A stretch of DNA of 64,000 nt from Octopus vulgaris. Its lineage: Eukaryota. The position numbers were made by a program, and so were the translations under genes. Where the stretch lies: the NCBI GenBank assembly GCA_951406725.2, contig OX597839.1, forward strand, positions 5,890,001-5,954,000, given 5' to 3'. Of the stretch, positions 40,976 to 55,856 are shown one piece after another (position 1 is the first letter of the stretch; each line of letters starts with the position of its first letter). Under the pieces are notes generated by a model. That model saw only the letters and a program-made list of their open reading frames with translations, did no database searches and was not told where the DNA came from.

Positions 40976-41923
40976 TCATCATTTCTAACTCTGTAAGAGG
41001 CTCAAAAAATTCAAAATTATGGTGGTGGTGAATTTTTAATTCTTTAACATAATTAACCACCCCCAAAAGTCCACCTCTTTTGTACTGGAGTGCAAAACTT
41101 ATTATACAAAACCCTGATGGAATGAAAGGCAGAGTTAATAGTAGTAGTAATAATAATAATAATGGTCATGATAATGATGGTAAAAGTAATTAAATAAAAA
41201 AAGAAAAAAGCTTGCAAGCAGAAGCAGCAAAGGAAGTATTTAAAAAAAAAAAAATGCAATAAGAAAAGGGGACTTAACACATAATCGCAAACAAGGGGAA
41301 CATGTACAGTAGCACAATTCAAATATTTTAAAAACAATTTAAAAGGGGCTGGGATTAAATACTGTCTGTGATTTTGCATGCATATATGTCCAAATAAGTA
41401 CCTCTATGTGTGTGTGTGTGTTTCAGAGAAAGGGCAAAATATATTTTTCCATGTTCACTTTAAGTTTATAATAATAATAATAATAAGAATAATAATATTA
41501 TTATTGTTATTATTATTATTATTATTATTAGCAGTAGTTGTTGTTGTATTAGTTGTTTTAATAGAATTATTATTATTATTATTCATTCATCCAACGTTGA
41601 AATAGAAGGGGCAATATGTTAATTTAGGATGACCATTATAGAAACTTTTTTCCTTTTTTTTTATTTTTTTATGCTGCCATATAGAGTATGTAGAGTTAGA
41701 CATTTCACAAATGAAGAAATTTCCAGAAAAGAAAATGGGGAAAAAAAAAAAAAATTTTAATTTAATTTAAGTAAAAACAATTGTATTTGAGACAACAACA
41801 AATGTATTTATGTGTGTGTACACTTGTGTGTGTGTTTGTGTGTGCACATATGTGTGTGTGTGTGTGTGTGTGTATCTATATATATATACACATATATATA
41901 TATATACACATATATATATATAT

Positions 41924-41962
<39 letters not shown>

Positions 41963-42983
41963 CATATGTTATGTATATAGACAAGTATATATATATATAT
42001 ATATATTATATAAATACATGTATATAAATATGTATATATATATATATTGTAAATGCACATATGTACATAAATATATATAAATATATACATACATATATGT
42101 ACACAAACACATAAACCTTCACTCTACCCATCGTTGGTAGTGGAATAACTATTTAGTATACATCATAGTTATTAAGTCATTTTTATACATATTTCGAAGT
42201 GCAATAAAATGCATTCATACAGGTACACACACATATATGTATATATACATATATATATATGCATATGCAAACACACACACACACATTCAAACTTCAACTA
42301 AAACAGCTACAAGTTAACTGCAAAATATACGTCACTACTTCAATAGAAACATTTTGTTGTTTTGACTGTTGCTTTGGGTTCTCTGTTTCTTGTCATCGCT
42401 ATTTTCATTTCACCTCATCTAAATATTCCATATCTATATAATTCTATATACATATGCACACACACATATATATATATATATATACATATAGACAAATGTG
42501 TGTGTATATGCATACACACACACACACACATACATATATACACAGATAGATAGATACACACACACACATAGGTATATTTATGTATGCATGTATATATAAC
42601 ATGTAAATATTTATGTATATGCGTGTATATATATATATATATTATATATAAGTATATATGCATTTATCGACTGACTTTATTTGCCCTTGTTTTCTCACAT
42701 TTTTTGTTTTATATATATATATTTATGTATACATACATATATATAAGTGTGTCTGGTGTATATATTTGTAATTATTTTCATATATTTTTTTCTTCATCTT
42801 TGTTTTAGTCCTCAGTTGCTATTTTTCTACTTTTCAGTATTTTTTCTCCTTTTAACTAGTACATATATCTTTATATATGTATATATATAGATATATATAT
42901 ATAGCATGTATGTTGGGTTTTTCTTTAGTTCTTTAGCCATCACTGATAAGGCCATATATAAGTACCACCTTCGTGTGTGTGTG

Positions 42984-43015
<32 letters not shown>

Positions 43016-43045
43016 TATATTTACACACACACACATATATATATG

Positions 43046-43079
<34 letters not shown>

Positions 43080-46000
43080 AACACATTGATAACAAAAGAT
43101 AGCTTTTATTTATACTTGTTGAATTAATATTTTTCTTTTTGTTCGCAAGGGGGGTAGGTTTGTGTTAACATTTTTAAAATTGGTTTACATCTTTTTTGTT
43201 TTTTTATATTTTAAATTTTTTTTAATACTTTTTAAAGTTTTTTTTTAATATTTTTTCTTTTTTTTGCTGTGGAATAATCGTTTAATGATTAAGGTTGAAT
43301 ATATAAAAAAAAATTAAAAAATGTTTTTCCCCCCCAAGTCCAAGAGGTGCTAATTTAAGGCTATTGTGGGATTCCATTTTCCCCATTTCCCCACACAAAA
43401 TTTCAAACGATTTAAACATCGCTTTTTGGTTTTTTTTTTAGTCACTTAGACAAATGCGGCCAAAATTAATTTCAGTATCATAATTAGTAAAAAAAAAATT
43501 TCAAATTAAAAATAAAAAATTATAAAGAAAAATATCCTTTTTTTTTGTATTTTTTTGATATATTTTAAATATTTTTTTATTAATATTTTATGTATCAGGC
43601 CACTTTTCTTCGAGAAATCATGATATCACAAAAAAAAAAAAAAAAAAATGTAAGCATGTACACAAAACTTTTTATTTCCCCCCCACATGCATTTGCATGT
43701 GCAAGTACTCACCCATGCACACAGTCATACTTCCACATGCACACAGATAAACGCAAACTTTTTAGAAACAATAACTCCATCATAACAGAGCATCATACTC
43801 AACCGTATTCGTATTCAGAAATACCCATTTTATGTTAGTTTCAGTTTGTTTTACTTTTTTGTCTTTTTTTTTTAATTGTTTAATTTTTCTTAAATGCACC
43901 AAATATCAGGGTATTTGCCATACTTTGATAATGACAAAAAAAAAAGGGTAAATTTGCCCCTAATTATTTTTTCTTATAAGAATATTCGATTTTACTCCAT
44001 ATTGACTGATTCCTTACAGCTCGGCATACATGAGCCCAGCTGTATAATTGGGGACATATATTTATGTGTTTGTGTATATTTGCATGTGTGCATATATGTA
44101 TAAATATGTTTATGCATGTGTTTGTATAGCAATAATATATATATATATATACACAATATATACATATAGTTAAATATGTATATAAACAATATTATAGATG
44201 CATATAAATACTATATGCATATAAATATTATATGCATATAAATAATATATATTTATATACACACATGTGGAATCGATTCTTTGTCAGTATTCATTTACTA
44301 CATGTCTTCCGACTTCAGGACATTCGTTTATACTACATAAGTCTCTGTTGCATAATTAGCTCTAATGATAAGCCATGGTTAAATCTGTGATCCACAATAA
44401 CATTATCAGGCTCATTAGCTTTTGCTGTCTCTTTGTTTTTTCATTAATTTCTTTACTGTTCATCAGTCGAAGACTACTAAAGATTTAAAAACACTGTCAT
44501 GTCTTTACATGAATACTATAGTTTATTTACAGTGCCACTGTTAGCTGAAGTTTCTCTAAAAACAGAGTAGTTTACTGTGGGGTTTTTTTCAGTCTGTTTT
44601 ACTTCAGTATTTCTTTTCTCTTCTGTCTCCCTGACTATTCTCATAACATTACGTCTAAAGATCAAATTTAGACAAAGTAGGTGTTGAGTTGTTTAGTCAT
44701 ACACTATCCCTTCTCCAACACATCTACGAACAACAACAAGATTTCAATTTGTTCATCTTGTTGTTTTTCAATGGAGGAAAGGCAAAATTGATGCAACCAA
44801 GATTTGAACTGGAGTCAGTAAGAAAGCAATTATTTCGTATAATTCATTTTTTAAACAAATTCTTGTATATTTTATCCATAAATTGCAGAGAACTTATGAA
44901 TAGAACAACTGTTATTATGACTAGTATACATCCCCTATGTTTGCCGAACAACAGCCACTATTCAACTACAATCTGTAGTCAAATAGGAGTTGTTAGGCAT
45001 TTTAACAAGATAAAACAAGAACAAGTATACACACACACAATATATATATATATAAATGTATATATATGTATATATGTGGGTGTTTTCATGTTTAGTTATA
45101 ATAAAAACAATTTAACATTAAACTGAAGGAGCACTCAATACAGCTTGTAGAGTAAATATTTATTATACTTTTACAGGAATACGAAAGGTGAAAATTGTGA
45201 CTTCGAGGTTTTGGTAAGCAAACTTTGAAGTCACTATCAACACCTTTCTCACAAAAGTATAATATATATATATACACATACAAACACCCATGCATAACAG
45301 CAAATGCATCATATGTCTGTTTCCAGCATGCATATTTCTTCCACATCATCCAATGCTGTAAGTGGCTGAGTACTCCACGCACATATGCACTCTTAATGTA
45401 ATCACCAAGCTGATGATTGCATCAAGGGGTACATATGCTTGAGATGTCACAGATAACACCAGACTGGTTCCATACCAGGCAGCTCATTATCACAAAAGAA
45501 AATTCTTAACCACACTCACCCATTATATATATATACATATATATATATATATACATACATATATATATATATACACACACACAAAAACACAACAATACAT
45601 GTATTAAACAGCAGGTTAGGTGGGCATCAGTAAAAAAACGGTATGAAAATATTCTGAGATAAAACATAATTTGAAGCATTCATGCCTTTCATAACAAGTA
45701 GTAGTAGTAGTAGTAGTTTTCTTTCCTTGTGTTTTCTTTACATCTCTTTCATTTCGCCTTCCTTTTGTACTATAATCACGGTGTTGTTTTTTGTTTGCTT
45801 GTTTGTTTATTGTTCTTGTCCTTTTTCTATTTGTATTTGATAAGGCCAATATTTTGGGAACATTTCCCAAAATCTAAAATCATTTATAGTATTATGAATG
45901 AATATCTCCTTTATTTTTTTTTTTGTTCTTCCTTTTTAGTTTTTTTTTTTTTTTTTTTTTTTCCGTTTACAATATTTTCTTTAAACAGCTTTGTTGTATG

Positions 46001-46471
46001 GCTTTGAAGTTTTACATCAAAGATCAACCAGCAGTCTTATCACCAGCGTGTACAAAAGACTCAAAACATTGCTGTTATTATTGTAAAGCAGATTTCTGTG
46101 TGTATAAGTGTGTGTGTATAAAATATATATATACACATACACAAGAAACAATGCTTATATATACATGCGTACACTAGAACTAATAGGTTTGCTCATATAG
46201 TTATCTTCTAAAATGTATGCATGGTCATACATGTGGGAAATGTATGTAACATGTCTGTATATGTGGACACACACATAGACACACTTGGTGCTCTTATATA
46301 CATAAAAATTTATCTAATTGCACAATATACACGAAGAAGAACTTTCTTATTCTAAGAACTGATCGATATTGATGAACTTCTGTGTACTGTTAACCCTTCT
46401 ATGGCCATATTTCTATCAAGATGCACACCCTATGTCATTCGATTAATTGTTACTAAAAAAAAAAGAAAAAA

Positions 46472-46655
46472 GCCGGTGGCACATAAAAAGCACCCACTAC
46501 ACTCACGGAGTGGTTGGTGTTAGGAAGGGCATCCAGCTGTAGAAACACTGCCAGATCAGACTGGGCCTGGTGCAGCCTTCTGGCTTCCCAAACCCCAGTT
46601 GAACCGTCTAACCCATGATAGCATGGAAAGCAGACGTTAAAAGAGGTTGATGATA
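46472..46655 (+). mobile_element. SINE family T 3' part
   Basis: Matches 21376-21560. Confidence 0.8.
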
Positions 46656-47495
46656 TCAGAAGAATTCAGTTATAAAATGACCAACCTATGCATTATTAAG
46701 CTGGTGTTTGGAACATGAGTTCTTACATATAATTACGAAAGGGAACTTCTAGGGGATATTTTGAACATACTAAAAAAAAAAAATTCGTATCAAAAGAATC
46801 AGGGAGTCTCAGAGTAAGTTTGAAAAACAGGAAAAAAAGTTGGGGGTAATTATTTCCAACCCCACCACTAGCACTACCACGAGTATTACCACCACCCTTT
46901 TAGCATTTATTACAATCCTGTCTCTTATACACACGAACTGAAGCACCCTGTCACTGACTAATTAATGTACATCGTAATTAGTATTACCATTTCAGCTGAA
47001 ATTTTCATTCAGGTCTGTAAACTTACATTGACATTTAATACATTTTTATGCTGAATTTTTATAGCAAGTTATGTATGTCCTCATAACACACACACACACA
47101 CACAGATACCATTTAATATATACAAGCACAGGCACATAATTCATCTCTGGAGAAAAAGAAGTTCTGTCATCAAAATTTGAGTCGATGACAGATCTGTGAT
47201 GGTTTTGTCATTATTCCACCAAAACTTCCCCCCAAACGTGCCCACATTCTCTATGAGCAAAAAATGCAAAGAGAAAAGTTTCCAACAGAGAGATTATATG
47301 AAACACAGAAAACAAACACACACACAAGCATTTATACACTTTTCTATTTGCCACCCAACTGGCTAAAGCCATATTTAGACACTATCACACACACACACAC
47401 ACATTAATGTTTGTTTTTATGGTATAATAAAAACAGTTTTACATTAAATTGAAGAAATACTCAAAACATTTGGTAGAGTATGAATTCATTTATTC

Positions 47496-47621
47496 TTTAA
47501 CAAGAATAGTATTGTTGACAGGGACTTCGAAGTTTCAGCCAACTAAGCCATCATTAGATAATTTAATAATGGCTTAGCTAGCTGAAACTTCGAAGTCCAT
47601 GCCAATACTATTCCTGTTAAA
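47496..47621. repeat. Long imperfect inverted repeat (19-bp and 35-bp stems), probably Penelope-derived
   Basis: 47496-47514 pairs with 47603-47621, and 47522-47556 pairs with 47564-47598. The upstream 47425-47530 resembles 45100-45210. Confidence 0.9.
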
Positions 47622-47650
47622 TAATAAATATACACACACACACACATATT

Positions 47651-47689
<39 letters not shown>

Positions 47690-50600
47690 GCACACATATA
47701 TAACACGAGAATAGTGATTTTAGCATCCAGACATACTTTCCAAGCACTCTGTGGTAGTCCAAACGTGGCTAACTACATCAACCAGTCCAGGTAGACTGTA
47801 TAATTACACCTGTACTCCTGTTTGATTAGAAAGTCCAAAGTCCGGCAATATTTTTCCTCTGTAATCAAAGAAAGTTCAAAATCGAAAAGACCAAGTCTTG
47901 AAGAACAAAATCTTCTTGGTTATGACATTAAACTGCATCTGGTGGAGAGGCTCCAGATCTGGAGTTGTGATGAGGTGTGGGATAACCCTTTAGTCACCCT
48001 CACTCCCAGATCTATTTTGACCTGGGATGAGTGTAAGGTCAGGCTCTCTCAAGGCTGATAGCACTGTCAGGACCTCATGGTTGCAAAGCAAACATCTTAT
48101 ACATTCAGCTATAACCATATTCACACTTCACACAGACACCAATATTCATCAAACAAAACCAACACACACACACACAATCAATATTGAATAACTTCAAATT
48201 TATTTAAGAATCTTTCTTCCATGATGTAAAATTTTTCGTCGATTCCTACAAATCTCCCTCCAACTATGTTCTGAAGCACAGCATATTACGATCCATCCTT
48301 ACAATGCATCTAGCAAGTCGACATAGATCCTTCAATGTTACATATTCTCTTGCAGAACTCAAAACTCACAGACTTGTATTAGTTTTTTTTGTTTTTTTCA
48401 CTGCCCCCACCCTCCTTATATTACAGTATTTTTGTCAGCTTTATTCAGATTGACTGATTCACTGACAGACAAAAAAAAAAATTTTTGTTTGCTTTTTCTT
48501 TTTATATTTTCACCACTTTTCTTCTTCTTCCTCTTCAAATCTTGGAAGTCCTAAGGGAGGCCCAGAGAAAAGTCAATAGGGGTCACTGCTTATGAGAAGG
48601 TACCTGTAACTCTACTAACAATAAAAAAAAAGGTGTATGTCATTTATTCACAAGTATGGGAGAATATTTTCACGCATGCATATGTATGTATGTGTGTGTG
48701 TGTGTGTGTGCATATGTGTGCGTGTATGTATGTATATGTATGTGTTGGGTAAGGGAACTTAAAGAGACAACAAATATCATAACTCTATGATGATCTGGGT
48801 AACTAATTACCAACATGTTTAAATGTTGAAAGATTCCCCCACCAACTTGCACTGCCCTTCCCCTACCCCATGTATACATTCAACATTTCAGCCCCCCTCA
48901 TTTTTCATTTCCACCAGCTACCTTCATTAACCACCACCAACACCCTTTTCTTTTACATGGACTTGACATTTACCCTAGAATTTAATTTAGGGAATAAAGA
49001 AAAGAAAAGATTCACCAAGCCAGTTTTAACAAATACTCTCCAAATTCATTCTTAAAGACCAGAAACGGGTTTAAAAATAAAATAAAATGGAAAATGAATA
49101 GTGGAATGAAGAATACCATATAAAATATAGCAAACTCTGAGTAAAAGCACCGTAACTAGAATTATAACCGAAATAAACCAGTCATGTGGAAAGGCTACGG
49201 AATATTTAAAACTAAAACAAGAAACAAAGTATTAATTAAGAATGCTTCAATTAATAAGCTAATTAATATATTCGTACATTTAATATTCATACAGAATATT
49301 GTATGTACCTTCCCAGTATTTTAGCACAATAGAAACTGAGCAGACTAAACAGTAAATAGCGAAAACTTAAAAGTATGCAATACATATATATATATATATA
49401 CATATATATATGTATGTACACGCATCCAATATTTGTACAAGTAGGAAACGAAATGGTCAGGAAGAACAAGAAGTTCAAGACAGCAAATAGACAGAAAAGA
49501 GGAAAATTAAATTAGATAGATTTCGAGGCATTCATACAGAATTTTGGTTTATGACTAAACTCATGAGAACCAGTATCTTTAATCTTTCTTCACATCCAAC
49601 CACTTTCTCAGTCGTAACAGTGCATAGTAACACCATTATAAGCATTAAAACAAAAAAAAAAAACGGATACAATAGAAAAAAAATAAGGGAAATATTACCT
49701 GTTAATGTATGTAGAATTAGAATTTACAGGTATTACATTACAGGGGGGGGGTAAGCAATAACGATTACTTAGACTTGTGAAAAAAGAGAAAAATCTATTT
49801 TATTTGTATATATGTTTAGATTTTTGTACCTATGTGAATTAAATGGGGAAAATGAGAAACATTATTGATATTAATTGCTGGCAGGGACACAGTGTTTCAT
49901 TTTGCATCCGTAATATACTACCTGGTATATTAAAGGTTTATAACTCAATACTGTGACCTACACTTATGTTGTTTTAATTTTTAAGTTTATCTCTAAAGAT
50001 TTTCAATAAAGTCTGCACTGAAAGTTACAGTTTGTACATGAGTACATATATGTAAGCAATGTGACTGAGAAGTAAGTAATGGGTGTATATGCACATTTCA
50101 GGAATTATTGCTCCATTCTCAGGATCACATTCAATGCATTAACTATCCTCAAATACATTGCTTCAATTGCACTGTTTACATAGACATACTTGGATATGAG
50201 ATGTGAAAACTTTCAGAGCTGGCTTCAAATTCTATAGAAAATCTGTAGAGATGGTCATTATCGGATAGAGAGATTAGATCGGTATTTTGTACGTAGGATG
50301 GAAATATAAAGCAAAAAATCAAAAATACTTCAGTATTTGCAAAAGTCTTGGTGTATGTGGATGTTCTTTATTTGTTTTAGTCATTATAGCTAAAGCAGCC
50401 CAAGGAAACTTGCCTTTAGCATATGTATATATATAAGATTGTGTAAGTAGTTTGAGATGTGTGTGAGTACAATGTGTAATGATAAAAAACATGAGAGATA
50501 TTTTCCAAAAGTAACAGGGAGAAATCTACCTGCAAAAAGAAATTCTAAATGGAACTTTCATTCTGATAGCAAAATAGAATTAAAAAAAAAACAAAAAAAA

Positions 50601-50784
50601 AACAATGAGGATATTTAGATGAGATGGAAAACATGAGAAAACATGATTTTGTAAAATCGTTATATATGAAACTCCATCAGATGGTAAAAAAAAACCCTGT
50701 GCATGCAAGCATACACAAGCAACATGCAAAAACAGTCATTTTGAAATATCCTTAGCTTTTAAAGAAAGGAAATCAAAGAATCAT

Positions 50785-50828
<44 letters not shown>

Positions 50829-51428
50829 TATGTATTTCTGATGAGAGAGTAGTTGAAACAAAATGGCCAGGTTGTAAAGAAACACTGATTGAATAAATTA
50901 AATTATTCTTAGTCTATTAATTATCAATTATTGATGTGATATTTTATATTTGTGGATTCCTTGAATCATAAGGTTATTTGTGTGTGTGTGTAGAAATGGT
51001 GTGTGTATTCCTTCCAAAGATTAAAACAAAATAGAGAAGTCCAAGGGTGTAGAGATAGGAGTTTGTGAAATATTTTTGTATCAGTATCTCTTTTGATTTG
51101 TCTGTCTTTCTTTTTTATTCCTCAAAATTCCACAAATATAAATATTAGTTAAGAGAGAGAGAGAGAAACAAACAGAAGCAGAAAGAGAGAGAGAGAGTGT
51201 GTGTGAGTGATAATGAAAGTAAGCAAAGAACATATTGCAATATAGCAAGAAAGCAAAAAAAACAAACAAATTAAAATATAAATACAAAATATAAGCAAAG
51301 TGAGTGTATATAACAAATAAGCTTAAGCAGGATAACTATTTTTTGTGTGTGACAGATGTACAAACAATTAGAAAAAATTTCTCATACACACACATTTCCA
51401 ATCTTCAATTTCAGACACACACACAAAC

Positions 51429-51463
<35 letters not shown>

Positions 51464-52677
51464 AAGAAAACAACATTCCCTTTTAACAGACAGACAACTT
51501 CACTATTATAAACAAATTTATAAAAACAATTACTCTCTGTTCCCAATATTTCATCCCCATTTTTTTTTTTGCTTTATTTTTTGAGAGGTTTTTGTTATTA
51601 TTTTCCTGGTGGTGTTTTTCATTTCATTTTGGGGTGGTTTCTGTTTTTTTTTTTTTCATCTTCCAAAAATGTTCATATTTAAACAAATATTGGTTCAAAA
51701 TTTTTAAAAGTTTTTTTTTTTTTTCTTTCTACTCAAAACAACAAATTAAGAATGCAAGAGACAGGTGAAATAATAATAATGATTTCTTGCATAGCCAAAA
51801 AGGCTTATACATTTTAGGAGAAAAGGGAACAGTTGATTACATTAACTCCAGTACTTGACTGGTACTTTATTCCCCTGGAAGGGATGAAAAAGTAAAGTCA
51901 ACCTTGGTGGATTTTGAACTCAGAACATCAAGAGCCATAACTAAATACACCAAAGCATTTTGTTTGACACTTTTTACAATTCTGCAATAATAATAATAAT
52001 AATATTAAGAATAAATGTCCACTTTTTTTCTAATAATCATCCCTGGCTTTGTTTAACATTCTTTTCGAGTTTTAAGATTCAAACAACCCAAACAAGAAAA
52101 TATGCACACACACACACACACTCACCCAGACAGATACACGGACACACTGACACACCCTGAAAGAAAGTCAAAAATGAACATAGAAACAAATGAGTTTCCA
52201 TTTAAAGAATGTTTACAAAAAAGAAGCAGAGAAACAGGTTGGTTGGTTAGTTGGTTGGTGGGATAGATTGGAGGTAAAACAAGGTGAATAATTATGAAAA
52301 TGTGGGCGACAATGATGGAACGTGTGTGTATGTATATATATATATGTGCATGCACATACACACACTGACTTTCATCATTAATTGAATGTAAGCAAAACTT
52401 GCACAATGTGTGAGAGTGTGTTAGAATTTGTGTTAGGATCTGTGTGTATGTATGCGTGCGAGATGTTTAACATGCATCAAAATTAGGAAATTTACACTCA
52501 CATATACACACACAATTTACTTGCAATTAATTTTAAAGAATTTTTATAATTTACCTCGTTTCATTTTGTTTTGTTTTTTTAATTTAAATTTCTTAGTAAA
52601 TAATTTTTGAGATATGCAAGCAGGATGCAATATTGTAATAAACAATCATGATTGTCAATAACTAAAACTGCATTTAA

Positions 52678-52899
52678 TCCTTTCGTTACCGTATCCATTT
52701 TGAGATGCTCTGAGTTTCTTTCAATTAATTTTAAATATAACAAAGAATTTAGTAAAATAACTTAGTTAGGATTCAGCTACTGTTAGGATCACAAATTGTG
52801 ACTAAGGTTTGGTGGTATATTTTAATGAAAAACCTATGAAAACAAGACATTTATACTACAGAGCCAGAGCCAGTTTTGGCCGGGTTAGTATCAAAAGGG
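52678..52899. mobile_element. piggyBac-like MITE
   Basis: TTAA on both sides (52674-52677, 52900-52903); imperfect TIRs tcctttcgttac / gtatcaaaaggg. Confidence 0.55.
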
Positions 52900-53409
52900 T
52901 TAATTATTAATTTACCAATTGATAATACTAAGTAATAATTAATAAAAAATTTTAAAAACAAAACAGAAGAGAAAAAATGAAACTTAAAATAAAAAGCATA
53001 AAAGAAAAAATGACCCTCCCCCATGAAATCCAGCCAAACTATACACACTTCCTGTGGATCGAGATATGTTTATTTGTCCGTTAGGTTTACTATTAAATAA
53101 TACTTAATGATCGTTGGTGTTGACGTTGCAGATTTAGAGCTGAAGTTGCAGGTAGTTGTAGGTAGTTGATGAATTTCTGCTCGTTAAATGTGCATTGCAC
53201 TTTAGTTCTATGTTCTTTTAATCAACCCTAGAGAAGCCAAAAAAGCAAAGCTGGGTTTGGTTATGGGATGTAAAGTTAAAACGTGAAGGAATGCTGTTAA
53301 TGCTTCCAGACATTTAATTCCACATGCAACCTAAGTATCGTTTCTGCTAGGACAAAACCCAATAATAATGATGATGATAATAATAATAATAATAATGATG
53401 ATGATGATG

Positions 53410-53636
53410 AATTCTAACATAGGCACAAGGCCACAAATCCAAGGTGGTTGAAGGTGGAACAGAAAGTCTATCAAATTGACCCCAGTACCTGACTGGTACT
53501 TTATTTTATTGATCATCCCCACAAGGATGAAAAAAGGCAAAGTTGAAGTCAATGAGATTTGAACAGAGAATGCAAAGGGACATAACTCAAATATTGCAAG
53601 GCATTTTGTCCATGACTCTTAGGAATTAGCCACCTT
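53410..53636 (-). mobile_element. Old family-M-related SINE relic
   Basis: ttctaacataggcacaaggcc...ttgaccccagtacctgactggtacttt...ggatgaaaaaaggcaaagtt; between (AAT)n tracts. Confidence 0.75.
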
Positions 53637-53802
53637 GATAATAATAATAATAATAATAATGATAACAATAACAACAACAAACAATAATGTATAATAATGG
53701 TTGCTGAATTACGAGACGAGTTATGGAAATAAATTGATGTTTCTGGATGTTTATGTGGGTATATTTGTATCTGTGTGTGTGTGTGTGTGTATGTGTATAG
53801 AT

Positions 53803-54003
53803 GCCATGATAGATCGTTAGCTACTACACAATTTTTTTTCTCTCTTTGTTTCTCTCCTTGTTTTTTCTGTGTCCCTTTCTGTAGAAGAGCGTAGGCTCGA
53901 AACATAAAAGACTTTTTCTATTCCTGAGCATTATACTAATACATTTGTTTGTTTTGTACACCACCTGTCTTCATCTTTTGTTTATTTTCGTAAACTTTCC
54001 CTT
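53803..54003 (+). mobile_element. Penelope-like pseudo-LTR fragment (same family as 14897-15093)
   Basis: gccatgatagatcgttagc...ctttCTGTAGAagagcgtaggctcGAAAca-TAaaag... Confidence 0.65.
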
Positions 54004-54098
54004 TATATATATTTATATTTTAATTTAGAGATAGTAGGCCCCTTCATCTCACCATATAAAAAAGAATTTTATTTTAAATACCTATTGTTTGATAATGT

Positions 54099-54193
54099 GG
54101 CTACACGTGTTTCATGAGGTACATTCGCCAGTTCCTAAACCATTCGGTGTCTCGCTGGAACCCTTCTCAAAATGTAACCTCAATCATCAGGCC
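54099..54193 (-). ncRNA. Type I hammerhead ribozyme motif with intact catalytic core
   Basis: Minus strand: ggc-CTGATGA-ttgaggttacatt...aatgtacctcat-GAAA-cacgtg-TA-gcc; predicted GUA cleavage between 54102 and 54101. Confidence 0.65.
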
Positions 54194-55107
54194 CCTATAT
54201 TACACTATCATCGTTCAACACCATAAACTATATTTTAATTTTTTAAAACCCTTTAACTATGTGTAAAATAGGCATGTTTAACTTAGGTTAATGTATGTAT
54301 ATTAGCGGTGGTGCCCCAGCATGGCCGCGGCATTTGGGCTAAAACATTTCTAAGGATATATATATATATATATATATATATCAAATGTTGCTCTTTAGCC
54401 TTAGTTTAGTCCTGATAGAGCTGACAGACAGATCTACGGCCAAAGGTGTTCCAGAACTGACCATCACACCACTTTCTGTATCCTTAACTACATCATTCAA
54501 TGTATGCTTGGCTTTTCATTTCTTTTCAAACATGACTTGATGTGGCTCAGCATCTAAGATGGTATTTAAGTGACGAAGATCACAACAAGACACTAGTCTG
54601 TTGAAGGGTGTAACAGCTGCCTAGTCCAAGAATCAAAACCCTGATCTTGCAATCATGGCTAATTTGTAGAAAATTGGCTGCTATTTTCAGCATGTCAAGA
54701 ACTCCTCTTAATGAACTATATGTGTATGTGTCTATATATCTATGTGTGTGTATAATGTAAGTATATATGTATGTAAATGATATATGTATATGATATATAT
54801 AATCATTTCTTAAATATAACCACAAAACACATGTTGTTATTCTACCAATTATATACGTTTTTATTATTTTTTTTTTGCAATTTACTTAATCTTTGATATT
54901 TTATTGTTATTTTTATTTTAATATTTCAATTATGTAATTTTCTAGATGGTGTAATTTAATTGTTCATTTTGAATTGATAAAAGGTGGGTTTTTTTCTAAT
55001 TTTTTATATATATACATATATATATTATATTGTGTGAAATTTGATTTAGTATTACTAAACTGAATTTTTTTTTCCCTGTAAGTTTGGATTTATATTCCCT
55101 CAAATAA

Positions 55108-55148
<41 letters not shown>

Positions 55149-55811
55149 CATGTATTTTAGTCTAAGTGTTAGTTTAATTGAAGCTTTTGTTTCTGTTCCC
55201 ACACACGTGAAACCCTCCTGACTATAGTTGGAAACTAATAGATTTTCCAGTTCAAATTTGAGTTGGAGAAAAAGAATTAAGAATAAATAAACAAGTGATA
55301 AGATAAAAAGAAAAACAAAAAGAAATGAAAAAATCTTATTGGTTCCCTGACAAACATTGCCTAAAACTGAAAGACAAGCAGTATCGGCCACAAACATACA
55401 TATATATTTATACACCGCTCACACATACTATATATGTGTGAGTATGTATAAATGTATATATATGTGTGTGTAGAGTGTCATAGATTACATTCAATAAATA
55501 CCTTAACTTCTACATGCTGTAGCTCCTTATTTTCATAGTTACTAACTACTATACTGATCTGATGCTGTTTTAAAAGCTCTGAGGAAGCCAGAGGATGTTG
55601 CATAAGCACTTATCTCTGAGTGCACTGCTTTTTACAGCAGAAACAGATGTGACCAGTTTGAAGCCAATTCCATAATGGCTGTTCCGTTGTCAGTCATTCA
55701 TTAATATTATGCTCTATACCAGCCTAACACATTAATCTAAAGAATATGTATATTGAGTTTTAACCACTGGTTATTAGTTTCACTATATGATGAAATCCTT
55801 ACATACATACA

Positions 55812-55854
<43 letters not shown>

Positions 55855-55856
<2 letters not shown>

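Noticed and set aside
50838-50870. CTGATGA...GAAAC hammerhead-like spacing
   Set aside because: No convincing stem II or stem I complementarity.
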